Shown: positions 1-13,182 of the stretch, piece after piece
How positions within the stretch are numbered: position 1 is the stretch's first letter
How the letters are laid out: every line of letters begins with the position of its first letter
Source: the human T2T-CHM13v2.0 reference genome, Homo sapiens
Assembly: GCF_009914755.1 (NCBI RefSeq)
Contig: NC_060936.1
Length of the DNA: 64,000 nt
Direction: 5' to 3' (one strand)
Position numbers and translations under genes: made by a program
The notes under the pieces: generated by a model
Database searches by the model: none
What the model was told of the DNA's origin: nothing
The model's input: the letters and a program-made list of their open reading frames with translations, nothing else

Positions 1-2094
1 CCCCTCCTGCCTTAGGGGCTTTGCATAGCAATTCTGTGCCATCTCCAGTCTCCACTGGGCTGGATCTCTGCCACTCTTAGGGAGGGTACCGCCTGTGAGA
101 GGCCCTGCTCATGGGCTCTGAGGCTCTTCCCTCCTTCCGGCTCCAGCGCAGCACCCGGTTTCTTTGCATCCCAGAATCTGTCACCCTGCGAAGCGATCTT
201 GTCCAGATATTTGCTGACTTGCTTATGACTTGTCTCAGCTAAGTCATGCCCTCCTTGAGAGAAGGGACCTTGCCCAGGCTGTGGTATCAGTGCCTGGCAC
301 TTAGTAGGCATGCAATAAACATTTGTTAAATGAATGAGTGGGCTGAGTCCTCCTCACAGCCCTATGAGGCTGGTCCTGTTACTCTCTCCATGCTACAGAT
401 AAGGACACTAAGGCACAGAGAGGAGAAAAAACTTGCCTAAAGTTACAGAAATAGTAAAAAAAAAAAACAAGGCCAAGTTGGGATTGGGGCCCAAGGACTG
501 CAAAATCCAAAGGGAACCCACAGGCCTGGCTACTGGGGCAGGGGCCAAGAAGTCTTGTGGGGTGCTCAGGAATATCACTGGTTATGCCCAGCCTTCTTCC
601 AGTTATGTCTCTACAGCTGCAGGGCCTGCATCATGGCTTAGAGCTTGAGCTCTGAGCTTGCTGAGACATCAGTGAGCAGGTAGAGAAACACTGGGCTCGG
701 TTTTCAGAATCTGCACTCCATCTAGGCTCGGCAGAATCTGCACTCACCCATGGACTCAGCCTCTCAGAGGCAGTATGAGTGGGTGGAGGCCTAAGGGTGG
801 CAGAGATCCAGCCCAGTGGAGACAGGAGATGGCCCTGCTGATGCCAGCCTGGGCTGCACCAGCCCACAGTGAGTTTGGGCAGAGAAGCCCCTAGCCCAGT
901 TCCCACCCAGCCAGTGGGCATGGTGCCCTGGTCAGCCCCATAGCACTTGGCCTGGCTGTGGGGGGATTTGTTAGGGCCAGGAAGCTTTTCAGGGCTGTGG
1001 GGAGAGCGGACTGCCTAGGAGGGCTGCCTTCCTGCTGCTCCCAAGGGTTTGCTGTTCTCTCTGCTATGCTACCTCTCGTGGCCACAAACAAGACTCAGTT
1101 CCACGGAGGCCCCAGCTGGCAGCTGGGACTGCTGGAAAGGACTGTGACCCATGACAGGGCCATGAGGCCCGGTCTTCCTTTCCACAGGATGCAGCCATGA
1201 AGCTGTGGTCAGCAGATCATAGGGCCATTTTAGCAGAATCTGTAAGTTGTGGTGGTGACTTTGATCTCAGCCTTGACCTTGGCTGCACTGCCATAGCTTG
1301 GCACCAGCAGTGTGCAGCACTTAGGCGGGCAAGCCCTGTTATCTCCAACAGTGGTGCTGCCTGCTCCTAGCTGAACTGCAGACCTCTGTGGAAGGGACTT
1401 TAGCTCAGGAGTGTCACCCCTGAACCTCCTCACCCTTGAAACAAGTGGTGTGGAGAGGAGGACACATATCCTGAAGGGTGCCTAGGAGTCAGCAGCTGGC
1501 ATGGAGGAGTGGTGTCCAGAAGCCAGCGGCAGTGCCCATCTAATGGCTGTGTTGATGCATGCCATGCTGTTATGGGCCCTTGTACACTGGGCCCCACTGA
1601 GGACTTAGGAAACAAATGCGAATGTTTCCTCTGTCTTCGCCAAAAATGGGGAAAACGGAAAGGCAGGCCTATCAGAACTAGCACTGTGGGTGCTGTGGTT
1701 TAGGCTGCAGGAATTAGGGAGAGATCAGTTCAATCAGCATGCTCGTTCCAGACCCCTGGGTTCCATGCCACTGAGGCCAGCCTCCTGACCCTTGTCCGAG
1801 GCACCTGGTCCCCAGCATGCCCTCAGTACTCTAGCACACAAAGGTATAGTTCTTCCAGAAAGAGTGGCCTTTGGGGAACCAGCCCATGTTCCATGAGATG
1901 AATGTCCAGGGGTCATGCAGGGTTATTGACACCATCACAGGAAGGGGTTTAGGAAATTATTATTCTGGGGCTGGAAATTGTAAGTGACTGTTGGAGGTTC
2001 CATGCCCCACTGGATGGCTGTGCTTCCCCTGTGTCCTTTACCCATGGACCAGCCAGCTCTGGGCTTGGCAAGACACTGGCCCCATCTCACTCAC

Positions 2095-2190
2095 CTGCTC
2101 ATAGATGGTTTTCATCAACTCCACGAAGCTCTCCAGGCTTTTTAACTTGGTTTCCAGTTCAGTCCGATGAAGACACTCTGCATCCAGGTC
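2095..2190 (-). CDS. KRT80: KRT80 coding exon 4 (96 nt); later exons lie beyond the left edge
   Basis: Acceptor ccccAG|GAC, DLDAECLHRTELETKLKSLESFVELMKTIYEQ, donor CAG|GTGAGT; same 96-nt size as KRT7 exon 4. Confidence 0.97.
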
Positions 2191-2484
2191 CTGGGGTTGG
2201 CAGCAGTGGTGAGTGGTGGGAGAGGGAATGGAGGGTCCCAGGGCAGGAGTGGGCTGGGGGGCTGCCTCCTGGGTGAGAGTGGGGGTGATTCCAGAGGAGA
2301 TCTGGCTCAGAGCCTCGAAAAAGGAGCTGGATGGGGATGGGGGTATCTCCCTGTCTGTCTGTTGGTCCTGGGACTTAAGCCTCTGAGGGCTTTGATTGGG
2401 CATAAAGGAGAGTAGGATATCTGGAGGGAAAGAGGGCCCAGGGCCCATGAGGAAGGAGCCCCTGGGGCAGGCTGGGCAGGCTAC

Positions 2485-2545
2485 CTTCTTCAGCTGAACA
2501 AAGGTGAACTCCATGTCTGTGCGCTTGGAGATCTCATCCTCATAC
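2485..2545 (-). CDS. KRT80: KRT80 coding exon 3 (61 nt)
   Basis: Acceptor ctcccAG|G, YEDEISKRTDMEFTFVQLKK, donor AAG|GTAGCC; same 61-nt size as KRT7 exon 3. Confidence 0.97.
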
Positions 2546-5500
2546 CTGGGAGGGAGAGAGGGGTTGCTCAGCTGGATGTGGTGGGGGCTTGGGCCTGGTG
2601 AACTCCCCTTGGTTGGGGCTCAGGGCCTGTGCTATCCCACTTGGGGTCTCTTTGCCAATTAAAGAAAAGCAGCCCATCCTTCTCCCTCTTGCATCTTCTA
2701 TGACACATCCTCTCTCTCTCCCCCCGACCTCCTGGCATTGGCTCCCCGTTCCTCACTCCCTCCTGATGACACAGTCCTCTCCCAGTGGCTTCTGCCCTTT
2801 CCTGGCTCTGCTCCACACCCACTCCCCTCCAGGAGGCCTCCCTGATTGTGCAGCCCCTCACCCTGGCACTTTATCCCCTCATCTTTACCTGACCTCCTTC
2901 CCTGGCAATCTCAGGTTCACTCAAGTCCGCTGGGAGCATCTTGCTCACACCTCACCTCTCCCACCTCCATGCCTTCCCTGCAGCCCCAGCCACCACCCCT
3001 CTGCTTTGCGAGCCAGTAGGACACCATCCCATTGTATTCCCTCCAAAGGGAGGCTGGAAAGAGTGTGAACTTTGCTGTCAGAGGGACCCCCAGTGTGTTT
3101 TTGGGCAAGTTGCATCACCCCTCCTCTCTTGGCTTCCTGCCTCTAAGGGGTAGGCATGTGCCCACGTGTACAGGGGGCTGACAAACCCACCCCTGACGCA
3201 GTTGACAGCCAGCTACAGGCCGCATAGGCCATACTCAACAAAGCTCAATAACGCTCTTCTCAGTTTGGACTTCTTACTCGCTCCCACCTTGGGTTTGGAA
3301 CAAGGACACCGTTGGGTGGGGAGGACAGGACCCCCAGATCCCTGGCCCGACCCTCTTCCTCAAGTCAAGACATTTGTTTGTCTTAGCCCCAGGGTGGGTG
3401 TCTGCTGGCTCCAGACTTCTCGCTGGCCCCAGCTGCTGTGGGGATTCAGCAGCTTCTGTTTTTTTCCCTCCTATTCGGGGAATGCCTGAATCACTGGCGG
3501 CTCTAATTACAGCCGCCTGCCTACCTCAGGCCCTAGCCTCCCAGCAGGGCTGCGTCACTCATCACCCATTGAGCTGGCTATATCTGGCGCCCCTCATGCC
3601 TTCTTCTTTCCCACCAGCCCACCTGAGGAGCTGAGGGGCGTGGACCCAATGGCAGGGCACGTGGGTTTCTGGTCTCAGTGTACCAGGGGCCCACACCCTC
3701 CCTGGCCACTGCCTTGGCTGCCAAGAGTCTGTTAGGGGCTTTGATGGTACAGGTCCTGGGGGTGGGGCAGAGGAGCAGGCCGGGGAGAACGTTCTGCTGT
3801 CTAGGCATCCCCAGAGAGAACTAAATTGGACTTGAGTGGGGAATAACAGGTGCTGAGTGCTTCACCTGCACTCTCTCTGGTGGTCCTCAGAGCACCCAGC
3901 TAGGGAAGTCCCATTGGTCTCATTTTACAGATGAGGAAATGGAGGCTCAAGGAAGGACTGGGGGCTCCTGGAGTGTGCTGATGAAGCAAGGGGACCAGAG
4001 CCAGGCTACTTGGGCTGAAATCCTGGCTTCCTTGCTAACCAGCTGTGTCCTGGGGTGAGTTCCTGTGTGCCTCAGCCACGATTATAGTGATGCTGTGACG
4101 ATTAAATGGGGGCAATTCACAGAGTGCTTGCAGCGGGGGACAGCACCTGCTGGGGCTCAGCCCCTCTGCTTCGGCCTCAGGAAGCCTCTTGGCACAGCAC
4201 AGGTGCCTCTCTGCCACTCACCCTGCCTAGGGGAACATAAGTAGGGTGAGTTGAGGGAGACAGCTGGCCTGGCAGCTGCCCTGGGAAACCCCCTCTGGCA
4301 GAGAAGGACACCAGGAGTCAGGGGACTGGAGGGAGCATCCTCACGGTATCCTGGCTAGGCCAGGTCTGCCTTGACCCTGGACCTCTAGGTGTGCTTTGTG
4401 GGTGGGGTGGGAATAAGCCCTGAGCCCCAGGGGAGAGGACCGAGGGGAACGCTGGGCTGCGGCTGGACACTGGGTTCCAGTCTGGAGCCAGTCCCCTTAA
4501 GACCAATACTGTTTCATCTCCAGCCTTTGTGCCAATTAGAAAAAAGCCCCCTTCCTCACCGGCTGTTTGACCTGGTACCCTGCATGGCCTGATGCTTGTT
4601 TGGATTTCAGTCCCTATCCACCGCCTGAATCATGCACACTTGTGCAGCGCACAGTTTGCACAGCTGTATGTGGCATCCCTGAGTCACTTGCTGTGTGGCC
4701 TTGGGCAAGTTGCTTCCCCTTGCTGGGCCTCTGCTTTGTTCTTAGTAAATAGAGGGCTAGACTGCTGATCCTTGGGGTTTCTGCTACCTCAAAGCCTTCG
4801 GAAGTCTCCATCCCCATAGAGGCTTAGGTCCCCTATTCCACTCCCAATCCTCTGCCAGTCTGTCAGCCACCAGCTCCCAAACCCATTCTCAGGCATTTTT
4901 TAGCTTGTCACACCTGCACCACCATCCCCACCCCCGCAACTTGTTTATTTCTGGGAGTGAGGCTGATCTCATCGGCTCCGTAGAGACAGGGCACAGCCCT
5001 TCCCTACTGGGGCTTGGCCTGGCGTCTCCTGGCTCCTGGGGGCCCTAGGCTCTGCACAGTCAGGCTGTAGCTCCCCTGGCTCTGGCCTGAAGACCGAGAA
5101 GCCCTCCAGCCAGGCTGTTTGCCCAGTCTCTCCTTCCCAACTCGGGTGGGTTCCCTACCCAGAGAGAGGAAGAGAGGCTCAGCCTAAGCAGTAGAGTCAG
5201 GTAGCAGGCGGATAGAAACCAGGCGGCAGGCCAAATGAGGGGGCTGAGCCAGATTAAAACAACAGGTAGTGTGTGTATAGAACTTCCAGTTACAAAGTGC
5301 TTCCATGGACGTGATCTGGCGGAGCTCGTGGGAGCAGCCTTACCCAGTGGCTGGCTGGGGTTAGGGATGGGACTTAGCATGCAAGGCTGTGTAACTGAGG
5401 ACAAGCCCTGCCCTTTCAGGGCCTGTTTCCTTCCCTGTAAAAGGAGGATCCAGGGCTCCCTCTGGCTCTGGCATTCTCTGAGCCTTTGAGGGCCAAAGAT

Positions 5501-6958
5501 CTACTGGGGATCAGGAAAGTGGGTCACAGATTCTGGTGAGCTGCCCCGACTGCCCGGTCATGGTCAGGTACTAGGAAGCTGGGTCTCTCCGGAGGGGCGG
5601 TCAGATGCCCTGTGTGTTTCCCTAGGCCTGGGAGGGCAGGGCTGGGGAGAGGCGATGGGTAAACTCAGCTACAGCCCAGGTCTCTGGACTCCTGGACAGG
5701 ACAGGTGCTCTCCACTCTCCAGCCTGCCTGGACGGCTGCTCTGGAGGTTGTGGGTCTCACCTCAGATTGGCAGGGTTTGGGGCTGGGCCGCAGCACTGCA
5801 GGAGGGGAGACCAAGGGTTCAGCCTGCCCTGTCCTCCCCTCACGCTGGCTGGAGGTCTCCTTGCAAGGAGACCAGACCCAAGGAGGTCGGTGCAGGGCAC
5901 AGCCACTCTCCTCTGCCCCAGGCTCCTTGTTCCTGAAGCCCTGCCCACTACCTGACCACAGAGGGTCACCTCTCCTCTAAGCAGCCCGAGTGACCAGCCT
6001 TCCCTTTTAGACTGGCCAATTCAGTTCAGCAAACCTGTGTCAAAGACCTGCTGTGTGCTGAGAACTTCAGCCTTTTAGGGATAGAAAAGCTGCCATTTAT
6101 AACTGCCAGTCACCATGCCACACTCTCAACTTCCTCCTCAGGTTAGATACCTACTTTAGATTGGCATCAACCATAATCATTCCCGTTTCACACAGGAAGA
6201 AACTGAGGTTCAGATATTAAGCCACTTACTGGAGGTCACAAAGCTAGTGATGGGTGATGATGAAGATTAAACCTCATTCTGGGCTAATGCCCAAGCCTGG
6301 GCCCATAAATGCTGGGATATACTGCCCAGCAACTGTTTGTCTGTCTGTCTGTCTGCCCCACTAAGTTGTAAAGGCACCTTGCATACTGGGGCTGTTTTCC
6401 TTATCTGTCTCTTTCCAAGTCTACCTTGATGTCTGGCATGCATTGCTTCTTTATTCAAATCAAACCCATTCTTTCCATCCCCTTCCTGCTTCCTGGTGGC
6501 TTTCCTCTCCTTTCCAACCCAGTCGAGATCAAAATCTAAAGCCACATCTAAAACAGAAACCCATCTGTTCTAGCTAGTGACGTAATTTCCCATTGCCAGA
6601 GCAACATGTGGACAAGAGCAAGTGTGTCCATAGGTACAAGAGGACGGCTGCTCGAGGCAGGGGGTGCGGGTTATGATGATGCCCAAGGGCCAGCAGGCAC
6701 AGGGTTTAGCTGGGAGCCAGCACAAGATTGACTTTGTTTTAAGGGTCGCTATTAGGGAGGGGGCGGCTGTAGGTTCACAGCCATATCCTCAGTATTTAGA
6801 ATACTGCCTGGCACATACCAGTCCCTCAATAAATGTCTCAGGTAAAGAAATGTTGCAGAACATCTTTCCTCTTTCTCTGGCTTAAGTGCCTCCCATCTGA
6901 GCACAGCTTGGTCCCAGCCCTCAGGCCTTGCTCATGGCTCTCATGGGGCTCTACGTAC

Positions 6959-7167
6959 CTGATTCGAAACTCCTCAACCTTCTCCAGCACCTGCAGCAGG
7001 TTGGCCTCCAGCTGCCCCCGCTCCTGGCTCACTTTGCGCAGTTCCTCCTGCAGCCGGCCCTGATATTCCTCATAGAGATGCCCGAGGTCGAAGATGGCTG
7101 AGTCCTGGCCCTGCAGGAAGCTCCAGCGTGTCTCCAGCAGCTGGTTGCGCTGTTCCAGGGCTTGCAC
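6959..7167 (-). CDS. KRT80: KRT80 coding exon 2 (209 nt)
   Basis: Acceptor ctctcccAG|GTG at 7168/7167; VQALEQRNQLLETRWSFLQ...KVEEFRI(R); donor AG|GTACGT at 6959/6958; phase 0 to 2 as in type II keratins. Confidence 0.97.
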
Positions 7168-7694
7168 CTGGGAGAGCAGGAAGGCGGCGAATGGGTCAGG
7201 TGTGGACCAGTCGGGGGCTGAGGCCCCGGGCTGACCAGCAAGAGCCCACGGAGGGCTCCCTGGGAAGTGGCAGCTCATTTATGCACACCACCCAGGGCGC
7301 TCACTCAGCAGAAAGCACCTCCAATGACTGATTGTTAAAACTGAAGATGGTGAGATAAGGACAGGATCAGAGCAAGGTGGAGCCAATTAGCAAAGGTTTC
7401 CAGGCGAGGGCAGGGCAGGGCTGGCAGAGGAAGGGGGTAAGAGGGTGTGAGAGTGCCAAGCATGCGACAGGCTCTCCATGCCTGCCTGGGGCTGGGGCGG
7501 GAGACCCCAGGGAACATGGGGTGTCAGAGGCCTATCTGCCCCCTTGCCACCACGACAAGTGTGGTCCCATCTTGTCCTGGAAACTCAGCAGGGTAGGGCC
7601 TGGTTAGTACTGTCCTTAAGTGCTCATCCTCTCGATGACAGAGGCTCCCTGAACCTCAGTTTCCCCAGCTAGAAGTTAGGAATGATAACACCTG

Positions 7695-8640
7695 CCTGCG
7701 CGGTCCTCTCCTTCCCTCCACCCTGTCCAGCCGAGCTCAGCCTGGGGCTCTCCCTGCCTCCTCCCCACCCTGCCTGTCCTCTCTATTCTCCTTCCCATCA
7801 CCAGGCCCTCTGCTCTCCCCATTTGTTCTTCCAGCTCCCTCCTGCAGGAAGCTCTCTGTGACTCATGTTGAAAGACTTCCCTCTTCCCTCCAGCACTGAG
7901 GCCTTCAGTTTAGCTGCTCCTCCTTTGTCCTGAGCCACTACTCTCCCCATGAGACTGTGGGGACACCTGGGGATGTGCTTTGGGATACGACAACAGCAGG
8001 TGCTCATGTGGCCCCTGCTGTGTGCCAGGCCTTGCTCTACATGCTTGACCCATGAAATCCCTGCAGCACCCCCATGGGTGGGTACTATTATAAGCTGTAT
8101 TTTACAGATGAGGAAACCAGAGGTGATGGAACTTGCCCAAGGTCACAAAATTAGCAAGTGGCAGAGCCAGGCCTGGAATCCAGGAACTTTGGGTTTAGAA
8201 CCTTTTAACCACTATGACACATGCGTCCTGTGTGTTGCTGGTCACTGTGGGCCCTGGGATCCCAGCTACCCTTCATGGGCTGGCTTCTGCCTCCAGTTAG
8301 GGACAGTTTTGCCTCGAGGTGAAACCCTGGGAGGGCTCTGAGCCCAGCTGCGCCTCTCAGACTCTGCCTACCATATGCCTCTTGCTGGGAGGGTCCTGCG
8401 CAGTCCTCTCCTTCCTTCTACCCAGTCCAGCCCAGCTCAGCTTGGGGCTCCCCCTGCCTCCCTCCTCCCCACCCTGGCTGTCCTCTCTACTCTCCTTCCC
8501 ATCACCAGGTCCTCCTCTCCTCCCCATTTGTTCTTCCAGCTCCCTCCTGCAGGAAGCCCTCCATGACTCATATCTTGAAAGGCCCCCAGTTTACCTGTTT
8601 CTCATTTGTCCTGACCCACCACTTTCCCCATCACACTGGG
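7695..8640 (+). repeat. Local direct duplication in KRT80 intron 1 (about 7695-7960 and 8395-8640)
   Basis: Manual alignment gives about 89% identity over the first 170 bp; offset 700 bp; weaker similarity continues past an indel. Confidence 0.9.
7990..8220 (+). mobile_element. MIR element (one of many MIR/L2 fragments, e.g. near 290-450, 3850-4130, 6110-6290, 11050-12320, 32010-32250, 57360-57490, 58640-58870)
   Basis: MIR core ttttacagatgaggaaaccagag...aacttgcccaaggtcaca; limits approximate. Confidence 0.75.
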
Positions 8641-11600
8641 AGCCATCTGCTCCCCCTTGGGGCCTCTCCTCCCTTGGTGCCAGGGATAGGCCATGAGGGC
8701 AGGCCATGAGGTTGGAGGCCTGGTTGGGGCCTGGCTCCCGTCAGTGTGGGTTGTTTGTCATGAGGATGTTTTGATAACCAGCCCAGTGATGCTCCCTATG
8801 GTCACAGGTGAGTAGCTGGGCCTTCTCCCACCACTGCCGGTGCTGCTGGCCCAGGCTCCCAGAATCGTAGCCTGCGAGAGCTGCCAGCAGCCTTTTGGAT
8901 CAGCTGAGCTGGGCCCTTCATTTGCAGAGGAGGCAATGGAGGCCAGGGGTGTCAAGTGACTTCTCCAGGGTCACAAAGCAACTCGGTGGCCCAGCTTCCC
9001 AGAGAGCCCCATCTGATGGCCACTGCCCTCTCTGCACCTTCGTAGGCTCCCGAACGGTCAGGTGGGGCCAGCCCCTCTCTCTCTGCTCTGCTTCTTCAGG
9101 GTGTCCTTGTTTTTCCTGAAGTGCTCTGACGACCCTTCGACATTCACAGCAGACAACGCCAGCAGGAATACTGGATGATGGCGTTTGACGGTATTTGCGG
9201 GCTGCCATTCCCCTGCATATCTGTACTGGTAGGTTCTGCTTGAAGCCAACCTTAATCCTGCTCTCTGCTGTACTCACAGCCAAACAGGTTCAGTAGGGAT
9301 GGAGGTCAAGAGGGTTTCTGCCCTGCCTTGTGAGTGTGAGAGGGAGCGTTGGGGGGGCAGGTATCTGCTCACCCCACCTTGCCTCCGTTTTGACAAGCAG
9401 GAGCCCCATGTTTACACTGAGGGTGGAGTGAGAGGAGAGATGTGAGGCTCCTTCCTCCACCCATGAGCAGCAGAGAAATCTTCACACCAGGAAGTTCTTC
9501 CTACAGTCTAACCTCAATTCCCTATGCTTCAGCACTAGCTCGCTGGGACATGGTGTGCGTTTGGCCGGCCAGTCCAGCTAGAGGGCATCTGTGGTCTTAG
9601 GGGATCAGGGACAGCCCCCTGTTTTCTGCTGCCCTTGGGGGAGTCTCTGGTTGTCTCAGTGGGCGGGGATGGAAATTCATTCCCCACTTGGGACCTTCCT
9701 TGCAGAAAGGCTCCTCCCTCTCAGAACAAGGACCTGGGGAGGGCTCATAATCCTGGTGCCCTGAGAGGTGCCAGGTTAATTGCCTCCAACCCAGGAAGAC
9801 TGCCGAGCCTTCACCTCTGATTCCTCCTCTCTGTTCTGCCTGGCCCTCTGCCCTTAGATCATACAGTAGCAGCTGTAGCAGGGACCTCTCCATTTTACAG
9901 ATGAAGAAACTGAAGCCCAGTTGAAAAGTAGGGCCAGGTTGGGGCTGAGGTTAGGGGAGAGGCATGTTGTTTTGTGGGGGAAACCGAGCAGCCTAAACTG
10001 GAACTCCTGGAGGGAGACAGGCCGGACATCCCAGAGGCTGCAGGTCTTACAGGGGAGTGCCTCTGGGCCACACAGGTAGTGTTCCTTAGCGGGGGCTGTT
10101 GAATCCCCGGCCTTCAGCCAGACATTGGCTTTAGCCAGGGAGCCTCAAAGACTCACGAGCAGTGGCTGGTTTGTGCTTTTCTGCATACAGGCAGGGGGAA
10201 GGCTGACTTCAGCTCTTCCAGAGGTCACACAGGCCTCGGTGAAGACATTGTCTCCATCCCTCTGTCTCCATCCCTCTGTCTCCAGGCATTTTACCACTGC
10301 TCATAGGTTCCCTCTCTACAGCCTCCCCAGGATGAGCTCAGGCAGTCCTGCCTCTTGCCTCTCTCTCCATCCCCTCTGTTGTCTGTGTGTGCGTGAAGGC
10401 AAGAAGCCCAGCCAGCAGCCTCTGCTGGAGGTCGGCCTTGCGCCCTCCCTGCCTCCCCTGGCCTCTCCTGCTGCTACTGCTTCTCCTCATCCCCCTTCAT
10501 CTCATGACTGTTGCCTTACCAGTCCTTCCACTGGGACGAGCTCAGGACCACCGGCAGAGCAGAGCAGTGGAATCTGGGGCGCAGAGAGGGTAAATGACTT
10601 GCCCAGGAAAACGCAGCCAGCAAGTGGAAGAAACCACAGTGTTCCAGGGCCTCTACCACCTCCTGAGAGTCTCTGCTCCTCCTGAGTGCTCCCAGGTTCC
10701 TCTCAGTTCCTCAGAGGGCCCCCACCCCTCTCCTCTCTTTACCCAGAGCCCCCACCCACTGGTCATGGCGTCTCACCCCTGGGCCTTCCTCTGGGTCCAT
10801 AATTGCTCAACAGCCCTGCGCCATACCTCCTGCCCATGAGTCCCTTCACTCCTCTATCCGGCAGGGAGCCTCTCCCCACCTGCTCTCCAGGCTCCTGCCT
10901 GGAAGGGGCTAACTGGGTTCTAGCTGCTCCCTGGGCCAGGCCCATTTATTTCATTTTTTATTTAACAGTTATAATATACTTAATATATACCAGATATGTT
11001 CTAAATTCTTTTCAAAAATTCTCCCATTTGATTCTAATGAGCCTGCTAACCTAATGTGTGCTGAGGCACAGAGAGGTTAAATAACCTGCCTGAGACAACA
11101 CAGCTGGTCAGTAGTGGACCGGGATTTAAACCCCACAATGCTGCTCCAGATTTCACATCTTAACCACTTCCTGCTTCCATGTGGGCCCTCACAGCCTCCA
11201 CAAGGAGGCAAGGAGGGTGGGGCTAACAGATCTTTGCAGAGTTGAAGGGTCAGCTGGGGCCCCTTGGGGCCCTGCAACCAGGGCCCCCAAACGGCCAGTA
11301 CCCACAGCTCCCTGTGTCCCACCCTGAAGGGCACCCCATCTCAAGGTCAAGGCTAAGGGTTGGGAGGCTCCAATTCTGCTAAAGAACTTCAAGGGCATTG
11401 CCCTGGTCTCTGGGCACAGGACCCCAACCCTGAGGGCCTCTTCCCTGTGCTTATATCCTCCCATCCCCATGGCAGGGGCACAGGGTGATATCAGTGCTGG
11501 CGTTTGAGGGAGAAAACCACCCATCTGAGCCAAATTCCATAGCTCAGTGAAGCATTCCTTCTAAGGGATTAAACTGGGTTTGGTCAGGAGGTGGCTCTTT

Positions 11601-13182
11601 AGGGACCTGCCTCCCCAGGGCAGCTGGGCTGCTCTTAGAGGGAGAACCAGCTCAGCAATGCAAGGCTCTGTGCAGTTAGGGCTGGGGGAAGGGATGCTCT
11701 GCCTCAGTGGACAGTGGTCCTTCCCCTCTGGGTACCCAGGGGTACCCCAGGTGTGGATGATGAAACTCTGGTCTAGGCACATGAATGGAAGAAGGAAAGA
11801 AAAGATTCCCACCACAGAGACCACTGACTTCGTGTCTCAACAGACCTGAGTTCAAATCCAGACTACCATTTGCTGGTTGTGTGATCTTGGGCAAGGCACT
11901 TAGCCTTGCTGGTCCTCAGTTTCCTCATCTGCACAGTTGGGAAAATAACAGCCACTGCAGGGTGGCAGTGTGGCTTGAATTTCATTGCATTTGCAATGTT
12001 CCTCCAGAGGGCAAGGCATAAGTAGATGCTCAATGCATGTTACTTTCTTCCCTCTGCCCCTCTCTGTGAGCTCCCACCTCATGGGGGAGACCAGCAACAT
12101 GCAGAGGAACACAGAATCAGAGGCCAAGAGCAGACAAGGACTGAGCCAGGGGCTGAAGGCTGGACCTCTGGTTTACTGGCAGGTTCAGAAATGTACAGTT
12201 TTCCTTATCTGTGAAATGGACATAAAATTGTCTTCTCCCATAAGGTTGTTGAGAGAAATACAGATAAACCTGAAAAGCATCAGCACAGTGCCTGGCACAT
12301 AGGAAGCAATTAACCAATGGCAGCTGGCACTATCATGATTATTCTTGAGGGTGCAGGAGGGTGCAGAGTCAGGAGGAGTTTCTTGGAGAAGATGAGTAAA
12401 GAACAGATTTGGGAAGTGGATAACTTCCTTGGGAGCTCCCTTGCCCTGGGAGCAGAGGTGGACACGAGTGCCCCAGACCTGTTGCAGGCCATGGGTAGTG
12501 GAGTCTAGGAAGTGTGGTTGTGATGCTGAGGATGCACCTCCCGCAGTCAGGAGGGGCGCAGGGTGCAGGAAGACCCAACTGGCTTCCCTGTTCTGACTCG
12601 AGGCATCGTCCCCTGCATTCCTATCTCCTGACACCTGAGCTGCACCCTCACTTGCAGCAGTCTGGGCAGCAACCTCCTTCCAGCAGCCCCGCACTCACCC
12701 TCCACCCTGCTGGCTTTTCTGACTGGGGCAGCTGAGAGAGATGCTGTGGGACCAGAGGCTTGAGGGATAAACAGGAGCGTGGTGCCTGGGAGGCCATCTC
12801 CCCTGTCCACTTGCCTCAGAGTAGGACCGCAGAGCATGCCTCCATCAGCCATTCCTGCGAGAGGGCACCCCTGGCCACACTAGGTGGTCCTCCCCAGTCC
12901 CTGCCTGGGTGGTGGGTGACCCCAGGTCATGCAGCATGTTATTATCAACACATCCCTCAAAGGCCATCCTGGGGTCCCTTTCTCCCCACATGCCAGGATG
13001 GATCAGGGACTTCCCTCCCCCAGCCTCTGCTCAGAGCTAGCCTGTCGGGTTAGCAGTGCCATCTCCCCATTGGCTGGGTGCAGGGGTGGGGCGCGGTGAT
13101 CGATGCTCAGGGAAACACAGAGCTCAGCTACCGGCCCAGGCCTGGCAGCCCTTCATGTTTGGGACCCCCTACTTGTGCTCAC

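Noticed and set aside
1-2094. Search for KRT80 exon 5
   Set aside because: No ELKDLAAQ-like coding segment found; it presumably lies outside the window.
7168-7278. In-frame intronic ATG upstream of KRT80 exon 2 (possible headless isoform)
   Set aside because: Only 37 open codons, weak start context and no promoter evidence; expected by chance.
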